This document shows, in pieces, positions 33,763-45,862 of a stretch of 48,642 bases of DNA. The stretch's first letter is position 1, and each line of letters starts with the position of its first letter. This DNA comes from Sanchytrium tribonematis. Lineage: Eukaryota. The notes under the pieces are model-generated. The model ran no database searches. It was given only the letters and a program-made list of their open reading frames with translations, and was not told the origin of the DNA. The position numbers and the translations under genes were made by a program. Location: NCBI GenBank assembly GCA_018985235.1, contig JADGIG010000016.1, positions 1 to 48,642 on the forward strand, read 5' to 3'.

Positions 33763-34983
33763 ATGCTCCGTTTGATATCTCGTTCTTTCCAAACTAGATT
33801 TCACTATAAAATAATACCTTTCAAGCTAGCTGACATTGGAGAAGGTATCAAAGAATGTGAAGTACTTCAGTGGTATATAAAAGAAGGTGATCATATTGGT
33901 GAGTTTGATAAATTATGCGAGGTACAATCTGACAAGGCTGCTGTCGAAATCACAAGTCGATATACCGGAATAATTAAAAAATTGCATAAAAACATTGGTG
34001 AAATAGTACAAGTGGGGGGAACTCTTGTGGACATAGATATCAAAGGAGATGATAAGGAATCCATTAAGAATACTTCAAATTTGAAAGCAGAGCCAAATTT
34101 ACCCGCAGACTTATCGAAAGAAGCTAAAATTGAACCTCAAAGAAATTTCAAAATCATTGCAACACCAAGTATCCGTAGAATTGCAAGAGAAAAAAAGATA
34201 GATTTGCACAATGTTAAAGGGTCCGGCAAGAATGGCAGGATAATGAAGGAAGATATTGTCGAAGTTTCTTCCGCTGAATCCGAAGAACCTGCATTAGACC
34301 AAGAAAGCCTGATTCAGAATTCAATTGAAAGAGCTATGTTTAAGTCCATGTCGTCTAGTGTTTCAATTCCAAGATTTGGCTACACAGATTTGTTTTTAAC
34401 CGCCAATTTAGATATGATGAAAGATAAAATTAATTCCGAAATTAAAGCTCAGAATATAAAGTTGTCGTACATGCCATTTTTGATCAAAGCGTTTTCTACG
34501 GCTTGTTTGCACTTCCCTGCTGCAAACGCATCTTTGAAGGGCGAACAAATTTATAAGAATGCATTTGTTAATATCGGTATAGCCATGGACACACCAAAGG
34601 GATTGATGGTGCCTTGTATCAAGCACGTACAAAAGAAAAGTATTTTAGAAATTAATGGCGAATTGCAAGTGCTTATCCAAAAAGCCAAGACTAACAAATT
34701 ATCAATCGATGATATCAGAGATGCAACGTTCACTATTTCTAACATTGGTACCATTGGGGGGATTTATGTCCATCCTGTGGTTCCTCCTGGAACTACTACT
34801 ATTGTTGGTTTAGGCAAGACGCAGTATATTCAGGATCCAGATTCGCTTGTTCCAAAAATTGTCAAATGCTTGCCAATCAGTTTATCTGCTGACCATAGAA
34901 TTGTTGATGGTGCCACATCCGCGAGATTTGTTCAAAAGACCAAAGAATTGCTAAATGGTTCACTATTGATTTATTTAAAATAA
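33763..34983 (+). CDS. DBT: Branched-chain alpha-keto acid dehydrogenase E2 (dihydrolipoamide acyltransferase)
   Basis: FKLADIGEGIKECEV, CEVQSDKAAVEITSRY, ATPSIRRIA and SADHRIVDGAT. Confidence 0.94.
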   Translation: MLRLISRSFQTRFHYKIIPFKLADIGEGIKECEVLQWYIKEGDHIGEFDKLCEVQSDKAAVEITSRYTGIIKKLHKNIGEIVQVGGTLVDIDIKGDDKESIKNTSNLKAEPNLPADLSKEAKIEPQRNFKIIATPSIRRIAREKKIDLHNVKGSGKNGRIMKEDIVEVSSAESEEPALDQESLIQNSIERAMFKSMSSSVSIPRFGYTDLFLTANLDMMKDKINSEIKAQNIKLSYMPFLIKAFSTACLHFPAANASLKGEQIYKNAFVNIGIAMDTPKGLMVPCIKHVQKKSILEINGELQVLIQKAKTNKLSIDDIRDATFTISNIGTIGGIYVHPVVPPGTTTIVGLGKTQYIQDPDSLVPKIVKCLPISLSADHRIVDGATSARFVQKTKELLNGSLLIYLK

Positions 34984-34989
34984 ATTTTA

Positions 34990-36481
34990 TCAGCCAATTA
35001 GTAGTTCTAGTATTGATATAAAAAATTCGTTACCGAAAGAAACTAATTCTTCCCTGGAAATGCGATAAAGTTCTGGATTATTATTGATTGCATACTTTCT
35101 GTAATATAAAAAACCAGCCATAGGTTGGCCGAAAACGCAAAACACACACCAAAATATCATATTTCCCAGAGTGTTAATACCTTTAAAACCCGGTCTATAA
35201 AATGTTCTATACCACTTGTCAAACCTTTCCGTTAATATGATTAACGGAACCTGGCCAAAAATAGCCCAAAAAGCCCACATGTTATAAATGCCGGTAGGTA
35301 CAGCGACAATCCATTCGTGAAATATAGCCGAAATCAAAAATACAAGTAGTCCTGCTTGAAACTTATTGATCTGAACTGTCTCGCCTTTTTTATTCTTAGA
35401 TTGCAACAAGGGAACAAAAACATGTCTCTTTAACCACTGGTGTACGGGTTGATTCCTATATTAATAATAAAAACCAAAGTCTCCAGTATGTTGCCAACTC
35501 ACTAGAATTCCACCATTCTCTATAAAATAGACGGTCTCCAAACTGAGTAATCTCAGCCCAAAAATACAAATAAGCGTGAAAAAATCCATAAAACATGGCT
35601 AGCCAAATTAAAGATACAGATAAGGAAAGTTTTAATATGCGTTCCAACAACTGAAAAGAAGTCATTTCTCTAGATTTTATCATTTGAATAGAATTTTCAA
35701 GAGTTGGCTGGGCATATTGCTGGGCCAAAATTAGAATAAAACTCATACTCAAGCAAAATTCAGTGAGATATCTAAAGGCTTTCAAAAAACTTCGCGATGG
35801 AGCTTTGGGGTATTCATACTGAAAGCAAAGAGTAGGAATCAGCAAAAATATGCTGTAATCTTTCAGCGTGACCTGCCTATGTTCATTTAATGTAACAAAT
35901 GCAAAACTAAAAAGCTTTAACACCAAAATGGTAGCAAATAATAATGCTCCAATTCCTATTGCAGGATTCTTACAATAACGTCCTACAATGTAGGTTTGAT
36001 CCACTAATAATGATAGGGCATTGACTGAGTGCCACCTCATGGAATTTCGAAAGAAAAACTGATTTTTCCGACCTGCTTCAATAATGAATCCTGAAAAATA
36101 ATGAAATATATGAAAGGCAATGCAGCAGACTAGAAATTGAGCGTCATATAAGCTTAAAGTAGGAAGGTGGACCAAAATTCCGTACTTGGACATATTTTCC
36201 ATTACTAACCGAAAGACCATCGCTAAAGAAAGAGATCCCAATAAATTTACGAAACCAGAATAGTCACTATTAGCAAATTTGTCTAATGGAGCGAGCCTTA
36301 TTTGAGTGTGTACCAAACCGGTGTGAGGTAAAAAGACAGGTTTTTCAACGATAGCCACAGACTTTTCAGTTAAATCAGACTGACTTCTAACAATAGTAGC
36401 ATCACTTCCTTCATCACTAGTAGAAGTAGGAATTCGTTTCCTAACATATTTTCGTTTAATTACTTTTTGTGTCTGTGTCAT
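34990..36481 (-). CDS. MBOAT diacylglycerol/sterol O-acyltransferase (DGAT1-type); exons 36481-35475 and 35455-34990
   Basis: PTLCFQ..YP, FGDRLFYREWWNS and SAIFHE; splicing restores YWRLWNQPVHQWLKRHVF. Confidence 0.92.
35456..35474 (-). other. 19-nt spliceosomal intron (DGAT1)
   Basis: GTTTTTATTATTAATATAG on the minus strand. Confidence 0.92.
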
Positions 36482-36515
36482 ATTAACTCCACCTAATAGT
36501 TAAACAGAACAATAT

Positions 36516-36737
36516 TTATTTGAGTTTACTGAATAGTTTTTTAGAAGAGCACTGGTCCACGCAATGCATCAAATGAAAGAATTCCTCGACACATTTTTCA
36601 TTGGCTCCATTCTCAACTCGTTTATTGCAAGCGATCAAATGTTCAGATTCGTGATGGCATTTCTTTTCTGTACATTGTTCTCTGATTTGTATTCTAGGAT
36701 CAACAACTTCTTCCTCGCAATGTAAACGATGCAACAT
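36516..36737 (-). CDS. QCR6: Cytochrome bc1 complex hinge subunit
   Basis: DPRIQIREQC...C.KRV...KCVEEFFHLMHCVDQC...LFSKLK. Confidence 0.93.
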   Translation of the reverse strand: MLHRLHCEEEVVDPRIQIREQCTEKKCHHESEHLIACNKRVENGANEKCVEEFFHLMHCVDQCSSKKLFSKLK

Positions 36738-36777
36738 GGAGTATCAAAAAATGTTTTTCTAAATGTTCTAGGCCGAA

Positions 36778-37254
36778 ATGTCAGAACAAAAAATCTTTAA
36801 TAAACACGATTCGATTTTGTCACTACAATGCAGTATTGAGGACAATACTCAATATCTCCAGCAAATTCAAGATAATAATATTGGACAAGTTCTTATGAAA
36901 GTGGAAGAACAACTTCAAGAAAATTTTCTACAATTAACTCAGCTTGAAAAAAATATGGAGAAGTTGCATGTTGATATGCACAATGAAATAGAAATTCATT
37001 CAAAAATAGATAAATTATATTCTGCTTTAAATGAAAGAAAAGATTCGGCTGCTTCAGCGCCAGAAAAAATCGATCGATCAGAAGAGAATGACCAATATAT
37101 GCTCAATAGAATTTCTAACAGGGTCGACACTCTTAGCAGACATTTCAATCATCTTAACAATTCTGTAAACTCAATAATGAAAAAGCAAGAGTGCTTCGAC
37201 GAAAAAATGAATAAGCTTATCAAAAAATTGGATACAGTATTAGGAAATAAATAA
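36778..37254 (+). CDS. Hypothetical coiled-coil protein (158 aa)
   Basis: ATG ORF with heptad-rich Q/E/L/K composition. Confidence 0.7.
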   Translation: MSEQKIFNKHDSILSLQCSIEDNTQYLQQIQDNNIGQVLMKVEEQLQENFLQLTQLEKNMEKLHVDMHNEIEIHSKIDKLYSALNERKDSAASAPEKIDRSEENDQYMLNRISNRVDTLSRHFNHLNNSVNSIMKKQECFDEKMNKLIKKLDTVLGNK

Positions 37255-37494
37255 TTATTTATTTCGCAATTCTTTCATGACATCAACAAGAGATATCTCC
37301 TCTTTTTTCAATTCGTTCTGAAGTTCTACACTCAACTGTTGTGCTTTTTCATTCGACATTAGCTTGTAAACTTCAACAGTAGAGGTAGGACGTCCATTGC
37401 TTAACTTTTGCAATTCTCCAATGATACGTTGAAGATTGGAGTTTTTGTCCATGGCGCTTTTAAGTTTAGAAAGAGAATTGAGTCTGCGGAACAT
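37255..37494 (-). CDS. Hypothetical small protein with mitochondrial-presequence-like N-terminus (79 aa)
   Basis: MFRRLNSLSKLKS start; exactly fills the gap between neighbours. Confidence 0.65.
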   Translation of the reverse strand: MFRRLNSLSKLKSAMDKNSNLQRIIGELQKLSNGRPTSTVEVYKLMSNEKAQQLSVELQNELKKEEISLVDVMKELRNK

Positions 37495-37509
37495 GGGGAA
37501 AATTTGGGT

Positions 37510-39145
37510 TTATTCACTAAAATTGTATCTCCAAAGTCTAGCCCGACAATCTCCGCTAGCAGTTGCAAACACTTTTTCAGTTGGAGACACAGCGACACAA
37601 ATAACTGAATTTTTGTGACCTAAATGAAAACAAAAAACCTTGAAGAATAAATTCTGATTCACCAGTATGAGGATTCCAATATTGCACAGTTCTATCTTTG
37701 CTAGCACTCAGTATTCTGTGTCCATCGTTGGTAAAAGAGACACTTAAAACAAAATCTTTATGACCAGTTAAGGTTTTGAGACATTCTGCTTTTCGAGTAG
37801 GGTAATCTCCCAGCCTCCAATACTTAAGTGTCTTATCTAAGGATCCACTTGCTAAATATTGACCATCAGGTGATATAGCTATGCTATAGACGCTGTCTGT
37901 GTGACCGACTAGAGTATCAAGCAGTTCACCGGTAGCAACATCCCAAATTCTTACAGTTCTATCTAAAGAACCCGCAGCAACGATCTTTTGGGAAGGGTGC
38001 CAGCAAACACCGGTCACACCACTATCTTTAGCATTCATGTCAGGGTTCTCAAACGTCTTTATACATTCACCAGAACTTAGCAGCCATATCTTGCAGGTTT
38101 TATCCCCACTACCTGATAATATATATTGCCCATCAGGTGAGAACTCTAAGCTATAAATATCTGACTTGTGACCTTCTAATCGCATTGCCACCTCTGAGTT
38201 TTGAATATTCCATATGCGAACTACCCTATCTTCAGCTCCAGTTGCCAAATAAACCGAATCAGGTGAAAACGACAATGCTCGTACATATAGAGCAGTTTGG
38301 CTCATGGTGTCACTAAGTTGAGTCAGCTCTCTCCCAGTATTAGTATTAAACACTTGTGCTGTAGGATTGCAGCCAGTAGCAAACAGTTGTCCATCTCTAC
38401 TAAATCGAACGCAGCAAACTACTGTTGAATGACCAAATGCATTCACGTGTTGTAAAGTGAGTTTCTTCTGCAGTCTTGGATGTTGAGCTGCTTCCCAGTC
38501 ATCTCCCGAAATTTTGAATTTCGGTGGGATACTGCTAATGTCACATGCATTATAGAAATGGAGACAGACAGCCGGACTGATCGTGTCATTTTGAGGGTGT
38601 TGTTGATGGTGCTGTTGCTGCTGTTGTTGCTGTTGCTGTTGCTGGTGTTGTAATTGCAACTGTTGCTGATGTTGCTGTTGCTGATGCTGTTGGTGCTGCA
38701 CTTGCTGATGATGATGTAAATGTGACTGTTGGCTTGGTATTCCAATTTTTTTGTAGCTGGATGGTGCCAAATTACTAGTGTTAAGAGCTCCACCAGCTTG
38801 CTGCAAAGAAGCACTTGTCAATTGTTGAAGACCAGCGGTGGCATGTAATGGAAGTTGAGTCGAAATCTGTGGTAATTGCTGCGGCAAAGTAACTTGAGGC
38901 TGCATTTGCGTTTGAGAAAGAGACTGTAAACCGCCTTTTTTCTTTAACTCCTCCTCATAAAATTGCTTCATTCGTAAATGCTGTTTTTCTAATTCAAGTA
39001 TTGTTGCATGGTAATGTTGCAAGTCTTGCAAATGCATTTGCAATTTTCCGTTTACATCTGCATCTCCACTATTTCGAATAAGCATATCACATTCTTGTCT
39101 CATAGCATCAAGTAAATCATAAACTCGCCTGTGGGATGGATGCAT
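37510..39145 (-). CDS. TUP1: General transcriptional corepressor Tup1; exons 39145-37639 and 37619-37510
   Basis: Tup_N ([12 protein letters not shown]...MKQFYEEE), polyQ linker, WD40 repeats ([22 protein letters not shown]); splicing restores [12 protein letters not shown]...[12 protein letters not shown]. Confidence 0.95.
37620..37638 (-). other. 19-nt spliceosomal intron (TUP1)
   Basis: GTTTTTTGTTTTCATTTAG on the minus strand. Confidence 0.93.
38598..38731 (-). repeat. Imperfect CAG/CAA/CAY trinucleotide tract encoding a Gln/His-rich linker of Tup1
   Basis: Plus strand shows runs of tgc/tgt/tgg triplets; protein [45 protein letters not shown]. Confidence 0.9.
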
Positions 39146-39306
39146 GGTTCAAGGGGAATTTCGTATGGATTTACAAAATCCATTGAATTACTTCTTAAGT
39201 ACATTCGAAATGAAGAAAGAAAACGATTCAGTTCTCATATAGAACGCAAAAAAGTTACACAAGTGTAAGGGAGGCAGGAGAAACAGGGTGAGAATTTGCC
39301 AATTTA

Positions 39307-39453
39307 ATGGATTGTAACGTGATTGCGATAGGTGCTACTATTACCGCCATTCTTTTTATAATTGTGATGCTAATGAAAAACTTAATGGAAAGATATAATA
39401 TTAAAAGAATGAACCAATTTGCGAGGATAAAAAATAAAACTGTCTTAGTTTGA
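39307..39453 (+). CDS. Putative 48-aa single-pass membrane microprotein
   Basis: MDCNVIAIGATITAILFIIVMLMKNLMERYNIKRMNQFARIKNKTVLV*; below the ORF-track length cutoff. Confidence 0.4.
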   Translation: MDCNVIAIGATITAILFIIVMLMKNLMERYNIKRMNQFARIKNKTVLV

Positions 39454-39491
39454 AAAATGATTAGAATCAATAAGAAATTTACTGGGCAGCT

Positions 39492-41319
39492 TTACAACTG
39501 AGAAGAATCGAATCCCAACGAATGAAGAAAAATATTAACATTCGCAACAGCCCTTGAGCTGGCAACTTTGTTAAAATCCTTTGCAGGAGTATAAGTATAT
39601 CTCAAACTCTGACCAACAGTAAAAGATGCATCTTTCTCCGCAGACGCATTCCACATTACTCTATCGCGAACTTCCGAAACAATTTCTGTCTGTATTTCGG
39701 CATCAGCACTAATGACCATAGCGGCAAGGAATTGCCATATGAAGCTATCATTTGTTAATTTCAAAACATAATCTTCACAAGAAAGCGAATTGGTAAAATG
39801 GGATAATATTTTTGGATCAGGAAAATACACATACTGAGGTGGGAACGCAATAGCAACATACAATTTAATTTGCTGGTACATTTCATTAAACAATAAGTCA
39901 AACTTTTGATTGTTCTTCTCTGAGGTTTTTAAGACCTCAGCACGGCTTAAAATTGCGGTTAAGATTAAAATTCCAGAACTGGTTCGAACTACCGCTGACA
40001 AAGTTAGTCCATTTAGCAAAATTTCTAAACACTCAGTTAAATCTTCCCATTCCATATCCATAATAGTATTTTGAATGACATTAAAAGCAGTAGACTGCCA
40101 AATATCAAAATTTTGAAGATATTCTAACACAGTATTGAAATGTGATTCCAAATAATTCGGCAAATTCTCGATTTTGCTAGCTAGCCCTGAGAGATATTCA
40201 TTTATCGCATGTAGGGAATTTTGGACTTGATCCCACGTAACAATCAAAGCTGAGAATTGCAAGGACTTCAGCAAAGATTTTATGATCAAGATACAGTGCG
40301 AGTCAGAGAGATATCTAAATGTCCTGGGCATGACTTTCATCATCTTTCTAAAATTTAATAGTTGCGAAAATTGAACCGAACTAAATAAGAAGCATATACC
40401 TGTTCAATATACATTCGATTGTATCAGACAATTTTTCGGAGTAAAAAAACACATTCTTTTCAATATCATTTGATGTAAGCTGTGTTTTTGAATGAGAGAC
40501 GTCATGATTTTGCAATCTTTTAGCTTTTCTCTTCCAAGTTTCCAACTCAATGACAGATTCGTAAATATCCTCAATATACTTGAGCGGCAACTTACCGTCT
40601 AAGACGCCTTTATTCTCATAAGCGTCAATATTGACAATTGGAATGTCAATGGCTTGCCTTGGTTTTTTACTAGTGGCAGAGCTTACTTTACCTAATGCAC
40701 CTTCTATGACAAAGCTTATACCTATATTTGCTTTTTTCTTTTCAACAATTTTTTCCAAAGTTTGATTAAATGTTTTCTTTTTCTTTTTGGAGCCTTTGAC
40801 TAATAACTGAAGATAATCTCCACTAGATTGTCTGCTTTTATCACCCAGTTCCTTTCTAACCATAAGGTATATGTTGTTATAAAAGTCGTCATCATATTCA
40901 TCAGTTATCGCTATCTGTGACATAGCCATTTTAAGAATGAAATTCTGGTCATTAGTGTTCATAACAAATCCTTGCTTTTCGGATTGCTTAAAAGATTTAG
41001 CTTTCACCTGGATGATGTCTTTCTCAATGTCTTCAACTGTTGTGGGTGATTTCAGGTTCTTCGCAAATTCTTGTTTTACTAATAATTGATATTCGATCAT
41101 TTCCAAAGTGAGAGGTTCGTCAATGTTGTGCTCAAATTCGTCACTCACTGACTCTTCGCTAATGCTAGTTTTCAAATTCGATTTCTTTGACATTGTGACG
41201 CTGATTTCACGGAGTAAAATCATCGGACTATAATCGCTGATACTTATGGAATTTGTCAATGATTTTTTGAAAATTAGATAGGAAAAAAATTGGAAATTTT
41301 TCTCATGTTGCTGAATCAT
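39492..41319 (-). CDS. PAT1: mRNA decay factor Pat1; exons 41319-40400 and 40380-39492
   Basis: MNTNDQNFILKMAMSQI..DEYDDDFYN, EGALGKVS...KKPRQAID, LWQFLA-like IWQFLAAM, NVNIFLHSLG; splicing gives FSQLLNFRKMMKVMPRTFRYL. Confidence 0.85.
40381..40399 (-). other. 19-nt spliceosomal intron (PAT1)
   Basis: GTATATGCTTCTTATTTAG on the minus strand. Confidence 0.88.
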
Positions 41320-41326
41320 TTCGTAT

Positions 41327-44300
41327 TTATTTTGAATCTAACTTCAATAGCATTAATTTGAAAGTTTCCCCTAAAATTTCTTGATCTTCTTCTATATCAA
41401 CATTCATTTTCTCACTTATTATGAGCGGTACAGATTTAATAGACTGTTCAATAATATTCTTTTCTAAGTCAAGAACAGAGAGCAAATTTTGACAAGACTC
41501 TTGCATGATAAAATATCTTACATTATCAGTTGGAACCATATTTGCTTTTTTTCTTAACCTTTGGACACGATTAATCAATTCACGAGCAAAACCTTTTCTA
41601 TAGAGTTCATCATCTATCTCACAATCTAACAAAACAATAACTTGACCGTCCATGTTTGCGTTATATTTTGAAAGCTCCGGGGTTGATTCAAAGAATCGCT
41701 GAACAACAATCTCGCTATCATCAAGCACATGACCATGTATAGTGATTTTTTTGCTCGATAAAAAGGACTTAATTTCGCTAGTAGACAAAGTTTGAAGAGC
41801 TTTTTTGACTTTAGGCATGTCTTTCTTCAATCGTTGCCCCAAGATCTTGAAATCAGCCTGTAACTTATACTTTACAGAATACTTTTCTTCATCTGCAGTC
41901 AAAAGAATTTCCATAACATTTAATTCCTAAATTAATTTAAAATACCTCTTTGATGTAAACCGATAACAACTCAATATCATTCAAGTAGGATTGATCACCA
42001 TGAATAACGATCAGCTTTCTGAGAGGGGTCTTGAGTGTGAGGCCTTGCTTTTCCCTAATAAGCCGCACCAATTCAATGACAGACTGCATTCTTGAGATAC
42101 CTTGCTGAATGCTCTCGTCTTGATACTTCAATTCAGCATTTGGGTACAGCAAAAAATGAATAGATTGACTTTCATCATCATATTTACCTTCTCCGCAATT
42201 TTTTGAAATATCGGAATCCTTTATAAAGGGCTTCAATTGCAAAAATATGTTTTCTGCCATAAAAGGAGTGAACGGTGCCATCAATCTGGAAATCGTCAAA
42301 ATCACCTCAAACAGTGTATTTAGTGAATGAAGAGTATCTTCTTCGCCAAATTCCCCCTTTAATCTTTTTCGATTAAAACGAATATACCAATTAGTCAATT
42401 GGTCAATAAATAACAGCAGTCTCCCAACCACTGTATAGAGTCTGTAATTGGACATTTCCTCTCTAACAAATGTTATTAGACTTTGTTCTGAAGCCAAAAT
42501 CCAGCGGTCCATAAGATTTTCACTGCTTAAATAAGTGCTATCATAACTATATTCAATGTTGAACTGAGACGTTAAAAGATCGGTTTGTAGCTTGAAAAAC
42601 TTAAACGAATTATACCAAGGTAAAAACACTTTGGATAATAGTTCTTTGACACCCTCCTCCTTAAATTTTAAGGAATCCGCACGAACTACTGGAGAATTAA
42701 TGAGATAGAGTCTCAAAGCGTCAGCGCCATATAAATTTATCACTTTTGAGGGCTCCGGATAATTTTTTAGTCTTTTCGACATCTTTTTGCCATCTTCTGC
42801 GAGAACCAAACCATAAACAATCTGATTCTTAGCAGGTGGAGTATCAAATAAATGCGTACTCAAAACTAAAAGAGTGTAGAACCAACCCCTGGTTTGATCT
42901 ATTCCTTCGGCTATAAATTCAGCAGGAAACGTCGCTTCCATCTTATCTTTATTCTCAAACGGATAGTGTTTTTGAGCGTACGGCATGCTTCCACTTTCAA
43001 ACCAACAGTCGAAAACCTCGTCTATTCGTCTCAGTTTTCCTTTTCCCTGTCTGGAAGGAATCTCCAGATGATCTATGAAGTGTCGATGAATATCAGTTAT
43101 TTCAGATTTTCCAGTTAATTCCTCTAGTTCTTCTACACTTCCTACGCAAATCATTTCTTCCAAATCATCACTAACCCAAACCGGGATCGGGGTACCCCAA
43201 AATCGGTTTCGACTAACGTTCCAATCTATTGCATTTGAAAGCCAGTTCTGAAACCTTTTCTCTTGAACAAAATCCGGGACCCATTTGGATTTTCTGTTAT
43301 TACGAAGCAAGTCATCTCTAACTTTTTCTACCTTTACAAACCATGAGGGAAAAGCTTTGTAAATCAAAGGAGTTTCCGATCTCCAGCAGAAAGGATAACT
43401 ATGAGTTAATGTGCCTTGTTTGATAAGCCTATTTTCAGCTTTTATTTTTCTGCAAATCAATTTGTCAGCTTCCTTTATATAAATACCTTTGAAATCTACC
43501 ACAGCATCCATGAATTTACCTTCCTCATCTACAGGACAAGGAAGTGAGGAAATGTCTGTTCCAATTAAACCGTATTTGAGGCAAACTCTGTGGTCATCCT
43601 CACCAAATCCAGGAGCCTGATGGACAATGCCTGTACCCGAATCGTTGGTAACATACTCATCACACAAAACTCGAAATCCCTCAAGCTTGGAAAAGTAATC
43701 AAACATTGGCTTATACTTTTGATTTTCCAAATCCTTACCAGAGAAAGTCTCCAAAATAGTAAAATTTGCTTTCTTTGGATCCTTGTACAATATATCCAAT
43801 CTTTCCTTGCCCAAAATTAGAGGAATTGATGACAGAGACTCATCAAAAATTTTGATGTATTCATATCGTGGATGAACACATAAGGCCAAATTGGAAGGCA
43901 AGGTCCAAGGAGTTGTAGTCCAAGCCAAAAAAGCAGCAGAATTGTCCAGTAATGGAAAAGAAACTACAACAGCAGGATCAACTACGTCTTTGTAATTTTG
44001 ACCAGCTTCAAAATTGCTGATCGGCGTATGGCAACCTGTCGAATAAGGCATAACTCTACAACCTCTGTACACAAGATCCTTTGCCCAGAGACTCTTAAAT
44101 GCCCACCATACAGACTCCATAAAACTCATATTCATAGTTTTGTAATCATTTTCAAAATCAATCCAACGACCAACACGAGTAACTGTGATTTCCCATTCCT
44201 TTGAGTATTTCATCACAAGATCTCTACAATGCTCGTTGTATTTTCCTATACCCATATCAAGGACATCTTGTCTACCCTTAATATTTAACTTCTTATCAAT

Positions 44301-44561
44301 CTCAAACTCGACTGGGAGCCCGTGGCAATCCCATCCAAATCTCCTCTCAACATATCTGTTGTTCATGTGCCAATACCGACAAACTGTGTCTTTAATTGCA
44401 CTGCTTAGTAGATGACCATAATGAGGCAATCCTGTTGCAAACGGCGGTCCATCATAAAAGCTATAAGGAACCCTGTGCTTACTTAATTCTAGAGACTTTT
44501 CGAACGCTCCGATGTTTTGCCAGAATTGAAGAATTTTTTCTTCCTCTTGTGCAAAATTCAT
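41327..44561 (-). CDS. ILS1: Isoleucyl-tRNA synthetase, cytosolic type; exons 44561-41946 and 41926-41327
   Basis: DGPPFATGLPHYGH, GWDCHGLP, WTTTPWTLPSN and KMSKR; splicing restores YIKEELNV. Confidence 0.97.
41927..41945 (-). other. 19-nt spliceosomal intron (IleRS)
   Basis: GTATTTTAAATTAATTTAG on the minus strand. Confidence 0.93.
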
Positions 44562-44709
44562 TAGGCGTGTTTCGAAGGAGAAATTATAAAAATTTTTATT
44601 AAGAAACCGCAATTTTATATTAAAGATCTATAGAGTAAAGATATAGCCGCTGTTCCATCACATACCACGCAAAGCGTAAGTGATGTGTAAAACATCATTT
44701 CCCCTTGAA

Positions 44710-44970
44710 ATGTTTGTCAAGAGAATGGCTTCTACTTACAAAGACTACGTAAAATTAGAAACCATTCCTGTAATTGGCTGCACTGTAGTTGGAGTTGCTA
44801 TGGCAGCATTTCACGTATACAAACTATCTCAGCATCCAGAAGTTGTTTGGAGCTCATCTAAGAAGTATCCATGGCAATCTGTTAAAGAAAATGAATACAT
44901 TAAGTATATCAACACCAACGAGTCATTAATTAAGAGACATTCAAGAAAATGGTTTGGAGCTCAGGAATGA
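44710..44970 (+). CDS. NDUFA4/COXFA4 (MLRQ-family) respiratory subunit
   Basis: ETIPVIG..VVGVAMAAF..YKL..HPEVVW...YPWQ pattern; start at ATG 44710 is approximate. Confidence 0.85.
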   Translation: MFVKRMASTYKDYVKLETIPVIGCTVVGVAMAAFHVYKLSQHPEVVWSSSKKYPWQSVKENEYIKYINTNESLIKRHSRKWFGAQE

Positions 44971-45098
44971 TAAATAAAATATTTTGTGGATTCTTATTCT
45001 ACAATTTACCCAAGTTAGAATTGATCGAAAGCTTGCATGAATTTATTGTTTAGAGTCGTTGGCAGAAAAATAAAAAATCACAATCAAGGAGATATAAA

Positions 45099-45566
45099 AT
45101 GGATCAAGTGCAGCAAGATATTTGCACTGAATTCGAAGAGATTGAAAAGGTTCAACGACACTTGGGAGTTGCCATATCACAACTATCTGGAACGCTTAAG
45201 AATTTTGAATCTGTCTATACCAATATTAGTAAGATCCATTCTATAAAAAGACAATTATTTGTTGATTTGGAAATGTTAAAGGAAGAACGAGATCAGTTAC
45301 AAAAAGAGAGAATCAAACTTCGAAAAGAAAAAGAAGCATTAAGCATTATGAAAAGAAGCTTAGAAGGTGCTCAAATCGAACAAACTGCAGATTCTCTGCT
45401 CACAGTATTGAAGAAAGATCAGCAAATTTCAGCTTCTTCGTCTGAATTATCAGATTCAGAATCAACAGCTTCAAATTTAAGTTCAAACACTTACTCTCAA
45501 GTCGCTACTCAAACTGCAATTCAGTTTTTTAACAATGCATCTCAAACACTTAAAAAATTGATGTGA
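45099..45566 (+). CDS. Hypothetical coiled-coil protein (155 aa)
   Basis: Heptad-rich LKEERDQLQKERIKLRKEKEAL and Ser-rich tail. Confidence 0.7.
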   Translation: MDQVQQDICTEFEEIEKVQRHLGVAISQLSGTLKNFESVYTNISKIHSIKRQLFVDLEMLKEERDQLQKERIKLRKEKEALSIMKRSLEGAQIEQTADSLLTVLKKDQQISASSSELSDSESTASNLSSNTYSQVATQTAIQFFNNASQTLKKLM

Positions 45567-45622
45567 GGTAAAAGTAGTCAATTGTAATTGATCGATTTAT
45601 TAACTAAATAATTGAAATAAAC

Positions 45623-45862
45623 TTACTGAAAAACTATTGTCCTACCTCGTTTTCTACAACTTGCAGATTCATCTCTTGGAAGCTCAATCCATCTATGATT
45701 GAAGCAAGTTATCCAGTGTTTTTCAAGGCAATATCCCACACCATTTTCACAATAATCGCTCAAATTTATTTCTTCTTTACGTTGGGTTTTTGGAGGGTAA
45801 ATGTCCCCTGGTTGAAGGAGCACTCTAACTACTTCTGAACAAACAAATGAAAACAAAATCAT
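45623..45862 (-). CDS. Small putatively secreted Cys/Trp protein (CBM19-like spacing)
   Basis: Short hydrophobic N-terminus MILFSFVCS; CENGVGYC...WITCFNHRW...SC motif. Confidence 0.5.
   Translation of the reverse strand: MILFSFVCSEVVRVLLQPGDIYPPKTQRKEEINLSDYCENGVGYCLEKHWITCFNHRWIELPRDESASCRKRGRTIVFQ

Noticed and set aside
23171..34983. Metabolic gene cluster (LAT1, IVD, DBT)
   Set aside because: Genes are interspersed with unrelated housekeeping genes; proximity is expected at this gene density.
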